A stretch of DNA of 64,000 bases from Gemmatimonadota bacterium (GCA_022710485.1 JAKLGU010000002.1:2682-66681), one strand, 5' to 3'; shown: positions 36,367 through 44,960, numbered from the stretch's first letter. Program-made: numbers and translations. Notes: generated by a model from the letters alone, not told the origin.

Positions 36367-37572
36367 ATGTCGTTCCTACGACTGGCAGGTGGCGCCCTCG
36401 TCGCATCGACGCTCATGATTTCGCTTCCGACCGACGCCGCGGCCATCCCCGCCTTCGCGCGGAAATACCGGGTCAGCTGCAACCTCTGCCACAACCCCTT
36501 CCCCGCGCTCACCGCGTTCGGTGAGCAGTTTGCCGGCAACGGGTTCCGGATGGCCATCGATGAGGAGCCGCGGGACACGATCGCCACCGGCGACGACCTC
36601 CTGACCCTCCCGGCGAGCGTGCCGCTGGCGCTCCGGCTCGACGCCTACGCGCAACTCTATTCCGACGGCAAGGCGGCCACCGACTTCCAGCTGCCGTTCA
36701 ACCTCAAGCTCCTTTCCGGCGGGACGCTGGGGAAGAAGCTGTCGTACTACATCTACTTCCTGCTGGCGGAGCGGGGCGAGGTGGCGGGCATCGAGGATGC
36801 GTTCGTCTACTGGAACGACATCGCCGGCGCCCCGGTGGACCTGGCGGTCGGGCAGTTCCAGGTGTCGGATCCGATGTTCAAGCGGGAGCTGCGGCTCGAG
36901 GTGCTCGACTACGCGATCTACAAGGTCCTGGTCGGCCTGCAGCCCGCCAACCTGACCTACGACCGCGGCCTCATGGCCTCGGCCGACCTCGCCGGCTTCA
37001 CAATCACCGGGACGCTGGTGAACGGCGACGGGATCCCGGCGGCGAATGAACTGTTCCGCTACGACAACGATGCGAACAAGAACCTGTTCGGCCACATCAC
37101 CCGGGATCTCGGCGACCATGCGCGGCTGGGCCTGATGGGATACACCGGCAGGCAGAACGGCGAGGTGTACGGGTTCCCCGGACAGGACAACGCCATCACG
37201 ATGTGGGGGGCGGACGCCACCTTTGGGGCCGGGCCGGTCCAGCTCAACCTGCAGTACGTCGGCCGGACGGACACCGAGGCGGATTTTGTTCCCGGTCAGC
37301 CGACGGTGGAGACCGACGGCGGGTTCGCGGAAGTGCTCTTCCGGCCCGCCGGCAAGCGGTGGTACGGGTACGGATTGTACAACTATATCGAGGCGAGCGA
37401 GCCGGTGCTCAACGTCAAGATGGGGGTACCGGTCGGGGTGGACGAGTACGAGTCGATCGCCGTCGGTGGCGGGTACCTGGTGTATCGAAACTTTCGGCTG
37501 TACGGCGAGTATGGCTATGACTTCCGCAACGAACTGAACCGGCTCACCGCCGGGTTCACTACGGCATTCTGA
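36367..37572 (+). CDS. Putative fused monoheme cytochrome c / outer-membrane beta-barrel porin (Cyc2/Cyt572-like)
   Basis: Signal peptide, then a single CxxCH (CNLCH, nt 36478-36492) within FARKYRVSCNLCHNPFPALTAFG. About 350 aa with alternating beta-strand character follow, ending in the aromatic OMP terminus ...GFTTAF. A GGGGAGG RBS precedes the ATG. Confidence 0.6.
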   Translation: MSFLRLAGGALVASTLMISLPTDAAAIPAFARKYRVSCNLCHNPFPALTAFGEQFAGNGFRMAIDEEPRDTIATGDDLLTLPASVPLALRLDAYAQLYSDGKAATDFQLPFNLKLLSGGTLGKKLSYYIYFLLAERGEVAGIEDAFVYWNDIAGAPVDLAVGQFQVSDPMFKRELRLEVLDYAIYKVLVGLQPANLTYDRGLMASADLAGFTITGTLVNGDGIPAANELFRYDNDANKNLFGHITRDLGDHARLGLMGYTGRQNGEVYGFPGQDNAITMWGADATFGAGPVQLNLQYVGRTDTEADFVPGQPTVETDGGFAEVLFRPAGKRWYGYGLYNYIEASEPVLNVKMGVPVGVDEYESIAVGGGYLVYRNFRLYGEYGYDFRNELNRLTAGFTTAF

Positions 37573-37583
37573 GGGGAGCGATC

Positions 37584-37979
37584 ATGTCGGCCCAGCGTGG
37601 ATACAGCGCAGCGTTGGCGCTACTCCTGTGCGGCGCCGCAGGCAGCGTCCAGGCACAGGCGAACGCCGCCCTCCCGGAGGGGGTGACTCCCGCCATGGTT
37701 AGTGCGGGCGGCTCGATCTTCAAGGGGCCGGGGATGTGCACCGTCTGCCACGGCATCGACGGCAAGGGCGGCGTCGGACCGAACCTGACCGACGGCACCT
37801 GGATCCACTCCAAGGGCAGCTATCAGGAAATCGTCCAGCAGATCACTACGGGCGTTCCCACCAAGCAGTCCAAGAGCGGCATCCCGATGCCGCCGAAGGG
37901 CGGGAGCGGGATCAGCGAGGCGCAAGTCAAGGACGTTGCGGCGTACGTCTGGACGCTGAGCCACCCGGGGGCGAAGTAG
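37584..37979 (+). CDS. Periplasmic monoheme class I cytochrome c
   Basis: Signal peptide, CTVCH (nt 37737-37751), a distal Met ligand region GIPMPP, and 131 aa in total. It starts 11 nt after the Cyc2-like gene. Confidence 0.85.
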   Translation: MSAQRGYSAALALLLCGAAGSVQAQANAALPEGVTPAMVSAGGSIFKGPGMCTVCHGIDGKGGVGPNLTDGTWIHSKGSYQEIVQQITTGVPTKQSKSGIPMPPKGGSGISEAQVKDVAAYVWTLSHPGAK

Positions 37980-37981
37980 GC

Positions 37982-39145
37982 CTATCTCACCTGCCGGCGC
38001 GTCGCGTGCCAGAGCGAGGCGCCGAGCGCCAGGGCCAGGATGCCGAGGGCAGACGGCCAGTAGGGGGCGCGCCGAGGATCAGGGTACCCCGCATCCTTCA
38101 ATTGCCTGCGCAGTTCCAGTCCATACCACTCACCCAGTGACATTCCGGCGGTGGCGGCAAATGCCTCGGCGACTGGAGCAGTGCTCGTCCAGAATTCGGC
38201 GAAGCGGGTTGGGCCGAGGTCGTCCACCATCAAGGCGAGCAACGCCCCCGTGACATAGCGCGGCATCTCGAACATCCAGGCGCCGTTTCCCTGCCCAGCA
38301 TACCCGAGGAAACGCCACCCCCCCACCACACCCGCCGGAAACTGGCCCGGAGGATACGGCGTCTGGAGGAAGCCAGCCTCACAGAGTTCCGGGCGACGAT
38401 CCGCGCACGCCGCGAGCGCTACTGACTCCCTGTAGAAGAGCCCCCGCAGGTCACCGAATACCCGGTTGAGGACCCCACCGCGCTCCGGGTCATCTTCTCG
38501 CGACGCGAAGAACCGTCGATAGGGCGGAATGCCGCCCGCGACGTCCCAGTACCGGGAATCGAGCCATGCCCGAATCCCGGGGCCCGGCATCCCAAACTCC
38601 GACAGGTACCAACAAGCGCCAACAGCGCCATTCCAGGGCAGCCGTCGCCAGTCCTCAGCCCAGAACCGATTCAAGACGGTGTCGCCGGGAGAAGGGGTGT
38701 GGACCACCGTGCACCACCCCCCTGCCTCGGCGCCGGGCAACACCGTGAACGAAGTGAGCGTCCCGCGAGGAAGCCATTCCCCTGGCGGCCATTCCAACAG
38801 GACCAACCGCGTCGGAACTGCCGGATCCGTCCGCCGCGGAACCGACACGAAGAGGCTCTCAGCCACTCTCATCGCAGCGGTTTGGGTGCCAAGGGTGATC
38901 ACGGCCTGGTCCGCACCGGCCGGTTGACTCTTCACCGCAGAATCCACCCGATCGAGCACCGCCGCGGTGCCAACATGACGTCCCAGACGGATCACCGAGT
39001 CTCTCAGCGCCTGCTCGGCTGCCAGCTCAGGACTCGAAGGCCGCGGCGTTCGATCGAGGCCCGGGGTTGGACCGAGAAGGGACCACAAGGCGAGACAGGC
39101 GACCGCCGCCGTAAGAAAGCCAAGGACCCGATTGCTCACCGCCAT
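37982..39145 (-). CDS. Hypothetical bitopic protein (N- and C-terminal TM helices, ~330-aa exported domain)
   Basis: ATG 39145 overlaps the upstream stop by 10 nt. It has an N-terminal helix VLGFLTAAVACLALWSLL and a C-terminal helix ALGILALALGASLW followed by a basic tail. It is Trp/Cys-rich with no recognised motif. Confidence 0.6.
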   Translation of the reverse strand: MAVSNRVLGFLTAAVACLALWSLLGPTPGLDRTPRPSSPELAAEQALRDSVIRLGRHVGTAAVLDRVDSAVKSQPAGADQAVITLGTQTAAMRVAESLFVSVPRRTDPAVPTRLVLLEWPPGEWLPRGTLTSFTVLPGAEAGGWCTVVHTPSPGDTVLNRFWAEDWRRLPWNGAVGACWYLSEFGMPGPGIRAWLDSRYWDVAGGIPPYRRFFASREDDPERGGVLNRVFGDLRGLFYRESVALAACADRRPELCEAGFLQTPYPPGQFPAGVVGGWRFLGYAGQGNGAWMFEMPRYVTGALLALMVDDLGPTRFAEFWTSTAPVAEAFAATAGMSLGEWYGLELRRQLKDAGYPDPRRAPYWPSALGILALALGASLWHATRRQVR

Positions 39146-40161
39146 CGCGAACCTCGCAGTGCCATCGTAAGCAGGAGCCCGGACCATGCGAGTCCGAGCA
39201 ACAGTTCCTGCGGAGGCGCGGCCGGACCGCGTGGGACAGCCCGAAGGCTCGCACCCCAACGATTGAGCAGTGTGTCAATGGGGACGCCGGCGGCCGCGGC
39301 GAGACGATGCTCGAGGGTGACGCCGGTGTCCGCAGCGAGCCGCTCGAACGCCGAGGCGCCACCTGACTCGAACGCCAGCTGCACCAGGTACTGCCGACCT
39401 ACAACACCAACAGGCGGAAGGACGCGCGCCGGGGTCAAGATCGACCGGCATGCCGACAGGTCGCCCGCGTTCATGCAGCGCTCGCGCGCGACCCGCTCGA
39501 GCCCGTTCAATTCCCCGGACACCATGCCGGCGAGGCGCGGCCAGGTATCTGGCTCGAACCACGCATCGAGCGTATCCGCCCCAACGTGAATGCCCAGCGC
39601 TGCCGCGCATGCCATCGTCTCGCCCGAATAGCATGCCCGGTTCGGCCGCGCCGGTGTTCGCAGGAGTTCCTCCGCGATGTCACCTACGTCGGAATGCGAG
39701 ATGGTCCCGGTGGGCACGGTGCCTCCCATCCAACGAAGCACGGCGGCACCCTGCGTGCTCCAGATCCACAGAGCGGCGCTCCGCTCGAGCCCGCGCGCAA
39801 GGTCCCCAGCCTTGGCCAGCTTCGGGACGGTACTCCTGGTGGATCCGAAGGTGGTGACCGGGAAGGCCCCGTGCGCCGTCACCGACGGACCGAATCGAGC
39901 CACCAGGCTCTGCCACGCTTCCTCACCGGCGGCCAGGGCAAACGGTCGGAGCCGTGCAGAGGTGGCGATCCGGAGTCCGCCCGCCACCACGGTGTCAGAG
40001 TACTTGGCCCGGAGCGCCAGGCTGTCCCGCAGCGCCCTGGCCAGTTGCATCGAGTCGAGTCGTTCCTCCATCCGCTGCAGCACCGCCGCCGGTTCCTGCG
40101 CGTGAAGCGACCCGCCCCAGGGGGCGAGCAGGGCGAGCAAGGCGAGACGCCGCCTACACAT
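39136..40161 (-). CDS. Hypothetical secreted protein with a C-terminal TM anchor
   Basis: Signal peptide MCRRRLALLALLAPWGGSLHAQ and a C-terminal LLLGLAWSGLLLTMALRGSRWR. ATG 40161 overlaps the upstream stop by 8 nt. Confidence 0.6.
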   Translation of the reverse strand: MCRRRLALLALLAPWGGSLHAQEPAAVLQRMEERLDSMQLARALRDSLALRAKYSDTVVAGGLRIATSARLRPFALAAGEEAWQSLVARFGPSVTAHGAFPVTTFGSTRSTVPKLAKAGDLARGLERSAALWIWSTQGAAVLRWMGGTVPTGTISHSDVGDIAEELLRTPARPNRACYSGETMACAAALGIHVGADTLDAWFEPDTWPRLAGMVSGELNGLERVARERCMNAGDLSACRSILTPARVLPPVGVVGRQYLVQLAFESGGASAFERLAADTGVTLEHRLAAAAGVPIDTLLNRWGASLRAVPRGPAAPPQELLLGLAWSGLLLTMALRGSRWR

Positions 40162-40807
40162 CGATGAGCATCCAGCGCGCCCGAAAGATGGCCAGCGGGC
40201 TGTAGGGGCCGAGCAGCGCATCCACAACTGAGCCGAGCGGATTCCACCCCAGTGAGGCGAGGTCGGCGACGAGTGCGGCGAGGACCACCAGCAGGAACAC
40301 CGCCGCGACCAGCCGCGCCATGCGCGGCGTGAGTCCCATCAACCCGAACAGGATGGTGTACGCCGAGAGCCCGGCGAGAAGGAAGCGGACAGTGATCCCC
40401 CCCGGATAGGCGTGGAGCAGGGTGGGGAGAGGCACTCGGATCGTGGCGACGACCGTGCTCACGGCAAGGACAGCCGCGATGACAAACAGCAGCGTCAGGC
40501 CGGCGCCGTACCGGAGCAGCAGGTAACGGACCCGTGAAACGGGAAGCGTAAGCGCATAAACATGCTTGGTCCGGTGATCCGGCCACCAGGCCCCCGCAGC
40601 CAGCGCCAGCGCGGCCGCCAAGGCGAGAACTGGATAGGCGGCGCCCCATCGCGCCGTGGCGCGAAGCAGGTCCCAGGAGGCCCAAGGATCGGTGACTGCG
40701 CCGGCGCCGCGGAGAGACAAGAGGGGCACAGCCACCGCCATTCCGGCCAGCACTACCATTGCAAGGCGACTCTCGCGCCACTGACTCCAGAGGATGGCCC
40801 GAAACAT
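40154..40807 (-). CDS. ABC-2-type membrane protein (permease partner of the adjacent ATPase)
   Basis: About 6 hydrophobic segments. ATG 40807 shares 1 nt with the ATPase stop (TGATG). The gene order is typical of GntR(YtrA)-ABC operons. Confidence 0.6.
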   Translation of the reverse strand: MFRAILWSQWRESRLAMVVLAGMAVAVPLLSLRGAGAVTDPWASWDLLRATARWGAAYPVLALAAALALAAGAWWPDHRTKHVYALTLPVSRVRYLLLRYGAGLTLLFVIAAVLAVSTVVATIRVPLPTLLHAYPGGITVRFLLAGLSAYTILFGLMGLTPRMARLVAAVFLLVVLAALVADLASLGWNPLGSVVDALLGPYSPLAIFRARWMLIDV

Positions 40808-41703
40808 CACGCCTCCCGTCCGCTGGGGTGACGCGCGCTGCGCAGGAGCTCCACGAACGCCTCCTCGAGGTCGAGATCCACGACTTCCCTGAGCGGATGC
40901 GCCTCGCCGAACCAGGACGCCATGTCCGGCTGCCAGCCACGCACCGTCCACACCTCCCCTCCGATGCCCGCCGCGCCGCGCGCCAGCAGCGCGAAGGGCG
41001 CGCCGGCCGAGGGCGCACCGGCGCCCACCCGAAGGCGCTTCAGGCCCGACTTGAACTCCTGCATCGGCAACTGGGCCACGATGGTGCCCTGGTCGAGCAC
41101 GCCGATCCAGTCGCAGAACCGCTCGAGTTCGTGAACCAGGTGGCTCGAGATGAGCACGGTGGCGCCGGACTCGGTCACATAATCGAGGATGGCGTGGAGG
41201 GCCTCGCGCCGGACCACCGGATCGAGTCCGTCGGTCGGCTCGTCGAGCACCAGGAGATCGGGCCGCTGAGCCAGCGCCAGCAGGATCATGACCTTGCCCA
41301 TCTCGCCCTTGGACAGCCGGGCAAGGGCACGCTTCATCGGCAACTCGAAGCGGGCCGCGAGGTCCCTGGAGGCCGCCTGGTCATACCGGGGATGGAACGC
41401 GGCATGGAACCGGATCGCTTCGTCGATCGAAAGGTTCGGGTAGAGCTGCGGCCGCTCGGGGACATATCCGACCCGGCCGAGGATCGAGACGATGTCCTTC
41501 GGCACGTCCTCGCCGAAGACTTTCATCGACCCGCCGGCGGGGCGCAGCAGCCCGAGAAGCAGCCGGATCGTGGTGGTCTTCCCCGCCCCGTTGGGGCCGA
41601 GGAAGCCGTACACCGCGCCGCTGGGTACGGAGAGGTTCACGTCGCGAAGCGCGAATCCACCCACCTGGTAGGACAGCCCGCGGATCTGGATCGCATCGGT
41701 CAT
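40807..41703 (-). CDS. ABC transporter ATP-binding protein
   Basis: Walker A GPNGAGKTT, signature LSKGEMGKV, Walker B LLVLDEPTDGLD, and H-loop SSH. Confidence 0.9.
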   Translation of the reverse strand: MTDAIQIRGLSYQVGGFALRDVNLSVPSGAVYGFLGPNGAGKTTTIRLLLGLLRPAGGSMKVFGEDVPKDIVSILGRVGYVPERPQLYPNLSIDEAIRFHAAFHPRYDQAASRDLAARFELPMKRALARLSKGEMGKVMILLALAQRPDLLVLDEPTDGLDPVVRREALHAILDYVTESGATVLISSHLVHELERFCDWIGVLDQGTIVAQLPMQEFKSGLKRLRVGAGAPSAGAPFALLARGAAGIGGEVWTVRGWQPDMASWFGEAHPLREVVDLDLEEAFVELLRSARHPSGREA

Positions 41704-42080
41704 CGCCGTTTCTCCCCCAGCGCTGTTCGAAGCGCGTTGAGCAGGTCCTCTCCAGACAATCCCAGCCCGACGGCCCGCGCCAGCATTTCGTTGGCCAGGC
41801 GGCTGCTGACCGCCGACTGCTCCGCCGCGCGCCGGCTCGGCGTCAGCTCGCGCACGTAGGTTCCGGAGCCCTGCCGCAGTTCGACGAGCCCTGCCGTCTC
41901 GAGGTCCCGGTACGCCTGCACCACGGTGCCCGGGTTCAGCCGGAGGCGGACCGCCAGCTGCCGCACCGACGGGAGCAACTCGCCGGGCGCGAGGTCACCC
42001 GCCGCGATGGCGGCGCGGAGCCGCTCCGCGAGCTGGGCGTACAGGGGTGTCGGCGACGCAGGATCGAGGTGTTCGAACAT
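41700..42080 (-). CDS. GntR-family (YtrA-like, short) transcriptional regulator
   Basis: PLYAQLAERLRAAIAAGDLAPGELLPSVRQLAVRLRLNPGTVVQAYRDLE winged-helix domain with a short C-terminal extension. ATG 42080 is preferred over TTG 42104. Confidence 0.85.
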   Translation of the reverse strand: MFEHLDPASPTPLYAQLAERLRAAIAAGDLAPGELLPSVRQLAVRLRLNPGTVVQAYRDLETAGLVELRQGSGTYVRELTPSRRAAEQSAVSSRLANEMLARAVGLGLSGEDLLNALRTALGEKRR

Positions 42081-42085
42081 GGCCC

Positions 42086-42111
42086 TAGTGTGTTGGTGTT
42101 GCAATACACTA
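42086..42111. promoter_or_regulatory. Inverted repeat TAGTGT-N14-ACACTA immediately upstream of the gntR start (putative operator)
   Basis: TAGTGT is at 42086-42091 and ACACTA at 42106-42111. This is the most AT-rich stretch of the divergent gntR/sigma intergenic region and sits 5 nt from ATG 42080. Confidence 0.4.
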
Positions 42112-42123
42112 AGTCTTTAGCCT

Positions 42124-42151
42124 CCGGCTGTCAATAGTGGTCGACAGCCGG
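42124..42151. promoter_or_regulatory. Perfect 9-bp stem / 10-nt loop hairpin or palindrome in the divergent promoter region
   Basis: CCGGCTGTC (42124-42132) and GACAGCCGG (42143-42151). It lies 66 nt upstream of the ECF sigma start. Confidence 0.4.
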
Positions 42152-42216
42152 GCCCCTGGAGGCCACCTTAGAGCCGCATCCAAACCCTCGGCACTCGAGC
42201 GGCATCTGATCCTCCA

Positions 42217-42732
42217 GTGAGCGACCCGATTCAGCGCGCCCGTGAGGGCGACCCCGACGCCTTCCGCGTCCTGTACGAGGAGCATGTCGGGCGCATCTAC
42301 GCGCTCTGCCTCCGGCTTGCCCGGGACGCGGCGCACGCGGAGGAGCTGGTGCAGGACACCTTCGTGAAGGCGTGGGAGAAGCTGCCGGGATTTCGCGGGG
42401 AGAGCGCCTTCGGCACCTGGCTGTTCCGGATCGCGGTCAACGTGACGCTGGCCGAGCGGCGCGCCACCGGCAGGCGCGAATCCCGGGTCGGTCTCACGGC
42501 CGAACCGGAAGCGCTCCCAGCCGCCCATCGCACGCCTGACCCGGGAGCCCAGCTGGACATGGAGCAGGCCATCGCCGGGCTGCCACCGCATGCCCGGGCG
42601 GTCTTCCTCCTCTATGACGTCGAGGGCTACCAGCATGCCGAAATTGCCCAGATGACCGGGATCGCCGAGGGAACCTCCAAGGCCCAACTCTTCCGCGCCC
42701 GGCGACTCCTCCGGGAGGCACTCAACCGATGA
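42217..42732 (+). CDS. ECF-type RNA polymerase sigma factor
   Basis: Region 2 (FRVLYEEHVGRIYALCLRLARDAAHAEELVQDTFVKAW) and region 4 (YQHAEIAQMTGIAEGTSKAQLFRARRLL). Confidence 0.9.
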   Translation: MSDPIQRAREGDPDAFRVLYEEHVGRIYALCLRLARDAAHAEELVQDTFVKAWEKLPGFRGESAFGTWLFRIAVNVTLAERRATGRRESRVGLTAEPEALPAAHRTPDPGAQLDMEQAIAGLPPHARAVFLLYDVEGYQHAEIAQMTGIAEGTSKAQLFRARRLLREALNR

Positions 42733-43370
42733 CCTGCGCCGAATTCGACCAGCTGCTCGATCGCTACCTCGATGAGTCCCTCGATGCGACCCGTCGCGCA
42801 GAGCTCGACTCCCACCTCCGCGGCTGCGAATCGTGCCGAATCCTCACCGCACAAATGCGCGAAGTGCTGGCTTCGGCGGCGACCCTTCCACGGAGCATCA
42901 GGCCGCCGCGTGACCTCTGGCCGGACATCGCGGAGCGGCTGGCCAGCCGCGCCACGCAACCGCCCGTCCGGTCCATTCCGTGGCGCCGCTGGGCGCCGCT
43001 CGTGGCGGCCGCCGTACTGCTCATCGCCGTCACCGCGATCGTGACGGTCCGGCTCTCCCGGCGGGAGCCGCCGGTCGCCGTCACGGCACCGCGCGAGCAA
43101 CCGCACATCGAGGGATTCGCGGCCGATCGGGAATACGTGCTCGCCGCCGAGGACCTGGAACGAGTGCTGACGGAGGGGCGGGGCCGCCTCGCTCCCGCCA
43201 CCGTGGCCGTACTCGAGCGGAACCTGGCCCTGATCGACGCCGCGATCGTCGAGGCCCGCGCCGCCCTGGAAGCCGACCCCGCCAACGCCGACCTGCGCGC
43301 CCTGCTCTGGGGCGCCCACCGACAGAAACTCGACCTGCTGGACCGGGCCACGCGCCTGACACGGAGCTGA
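42729..43370 (+). CDS. Anti-sigma factor (zf-HC2 type) with one TM helix
   Basis: N-terminal C..H..C..C pattern MTCAEFDQLLDRYLDESL..HLRGCESC, and a TM helix WAPLVAAAVLLIAVTAIV. An ATGA overlap joins it to the sigma gene. Confidence 0.75.
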   Translation: MTCAEFDQLLDRYLDESLDATRRAELDSHLRGCESCRILTAQMREVLASAATLPRSIRPPRDLWPDIAERLASRATQPPVRSIPWRRWAPLVAAAVLLIAVTAIVTVRLSRREPPVAVTAPREQPHIEGFAADREYVLAAEDLERVLTEGRGRLAPATVAVLERNLALIDAAIVEARAALEADPANADLRALLWGAHRQKLDLLDRATRLTRS

Positions 43371-43373
43371 ACG

Positions 43374-44264
43374 ATGCGACGCCAGATGTATATCCTCGCC
43401 TTCCTCGCCGTCGCCGCCACTGGCACCGCGGCGGCGCAGGCCCCGATCCACCGCGGGCGGCTGATCGCCCCGGACGCCGCGGTCCGGATCTTCAACATCG
43501 CGGGCACCGTGCGCGTCACCGGATGGGACCGCGACAGCGTGGACGTGACCGCCGTCGTCCCGAAGGGAGCGGGCGAGTTCATGTTCGGCGGCGGGAGCGG
43601 TGGCGTGAAGATGGGGATCAACCCCCCGGTGGGCGAGGCGGTCTACCCCGGCTCGCTCTTCGAGGTGCGCGTGCCCACGCGGGCCCGGGTCTGGATCAAG
43701 ACCGAGAGCGCGGAGATCCTGGTGTCGGGACTCACCTCCTCCGCGGACCTGTCGAGCGTCAGCGGCCGGATCGTGGTGACGGGAGACGTCGCCCAGCTCT
43801 CGGCGGAATCGATGGATGGCGGGATCGACGTGTACGTCAACGCATCACTGGTCCGGCTCAAGAGCGCGGGCGGGACGATCGTGCTCCGCGGGAACGTCAC
43901 CGATGCCTCGCTCAGCACGGTCAGCGGGGCGGCGACGGCGCAGCTTGCCGGCCTCGATCGCGGCCGGATGGAGACGGTCGGCGGGCACCTCACCTTCGAG
44001 GCGGGCCTGCGGCCGGGCGGCAACTACACCCTCGAGAGTCACTCGGGGGACATCAGCATTCGCCTCCCGTCCAATTTCGACGGGGCGCTCGACCTCACGG
44101 CGCTCGAGGGCCGGGTCGTCAACCGGCTGACCAAGAGCCCCGTCAATCCGACCAACCAACGCCGGGGGGAATTCCTCGCAACGTCCGGGGGCAAGGCCAC
44201 GGCGGAGCTGGTCGGCCGGACCTTCAAGGGGACGATCACGCTGGAGGTTCAAACCAAACCGTAG
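43374..44264 (+). CDS. DUF4097-like beta-helical putative adhesin (secreted)
   Basis: Signal peptide, then repeated short segments of the type SGRIVVTG / GGTIVLRG / SGDISIRLP. Confidence 0.6.
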   Translation: MRRQMYILAFLAVAATGTAAAQAPIHRGRLIAPDAAVRIFNIAGTVRVTGWDRDSVDVTAVVPKGAGEFMFGGGSGGVKMGINPPVGEAVYPGSLFEVRVPTRARVWIKTESAEILVSGLTSSADLSSVSGRIVVTGDVAQLSAESMDGGIDVYVNASLVRLKSAGGTIVLRGNVTDASLSTVSGAATAQLAGLDRGRMETVGGHLTFEAGLRPGGNYTLESHSGDISIRLPSNFDGALDLTALEGRVVNRLTKSPVNPTNQRRGEFLATSGGKATAELVGRTFKGTITLEVQTKP

Positions 44265-44324
44265 GGGCCGGCATCGAAGGTGGCACGAGCTTCACAACCG
44301 CCCCACCATTCCGGAGGAACGACC

Positions 44325-44903
44325 ATGCCGACCCCACGACTCCTTGCCGTCCTAGCCCTGACCGCCGGCGCCCTTGCCGGCGCCGCCACGCCCGCCCATG
44401 CCGGCCCGCCGTGGATTTCCATCGAGCTTCCGGCCAACCCGCTCGACCCCACCACCCGCGGCGCATTCCTCCTGATCCACACCTTCCACCACGACGCCGC
44501 GATGAGTGAGGCGCTCTCCGGGCGGGCGGAAGGGATGGTGAACGGCCGCCGCCAGACGATCACCCTCACCTTCGAGAACACCTCGCGGACCGGCGTGCGC
44601 GCCCTCCGGAAGTCCTGGCCCGACGGCGGCACCTGGGTGCTGGTCCTCAAGACCGGCCAGCACGGGGACGCCACGGCCCTGGTCGGTATCGGGGCCGACG
44701 GGACTGTCCGCACGATCAACGTGCCGACCGAAAAGCGTGGAAGTCACATCGTGCCGAGCGCGGTGTCGGCGGCGGATGTTGACGCGATGCTGGCGCGTAT
44801 GGCGTCCGGCAAGGGCGCACCGGGCGGGGAGCAGAAACTGGCGCTGGCGCTGGCCGGTCTCCTCGCGCTCCCAGCCGGGGTGCTGGCACTCCGCCGCCGC
44901 TGA
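44325..44903 (+). CDS. Hypothetical secreted protein with a C-terminal Gly-Gly / TM / RRR tail
   Basis: ATG 44325 is preceded by GGAGGA. It has a signal peptide MPTPRLLAVLALTAGALAGAATPAHA and ends in GKGAPGGEQKLALALAGLLALPAGVLALRRR. Confidence 0.55.
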   Translation: MPTPRLLAVLALTAGALAGAATPAHAGPPWISIELPANPLDPTTRGAFLLIHTFHHDAAMSEALSGRAEGMVNGRRQTITLTFENTSRTGVRALRKSWPDGGTWVLVLKTGQHGDATALVGIGADGTVRTINVPTEKRGSHIVPSAVSAADVDAMLARMASGKGAPGGEQKLALALAGLLALPAGVLALRRR

Positions 44904-44926
44904 TCCCCCCACGACCTCGGACCACG

Positions 44927-44960
44927 CCACTCCCGAGCAGGGGGTGGCGTTCCTGTATCC
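44927..44960 (+). terminator. Possible intrinsic terminator after the sigma operon
   Basis: GCCACTCCC (44927-44935) pairs with GGGGGTGGC (44941-44949) with one G-U pair and a 5-nt loop, followed by GTTCCTGTATC. The U-tract is weak. Confidence 0.35.
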
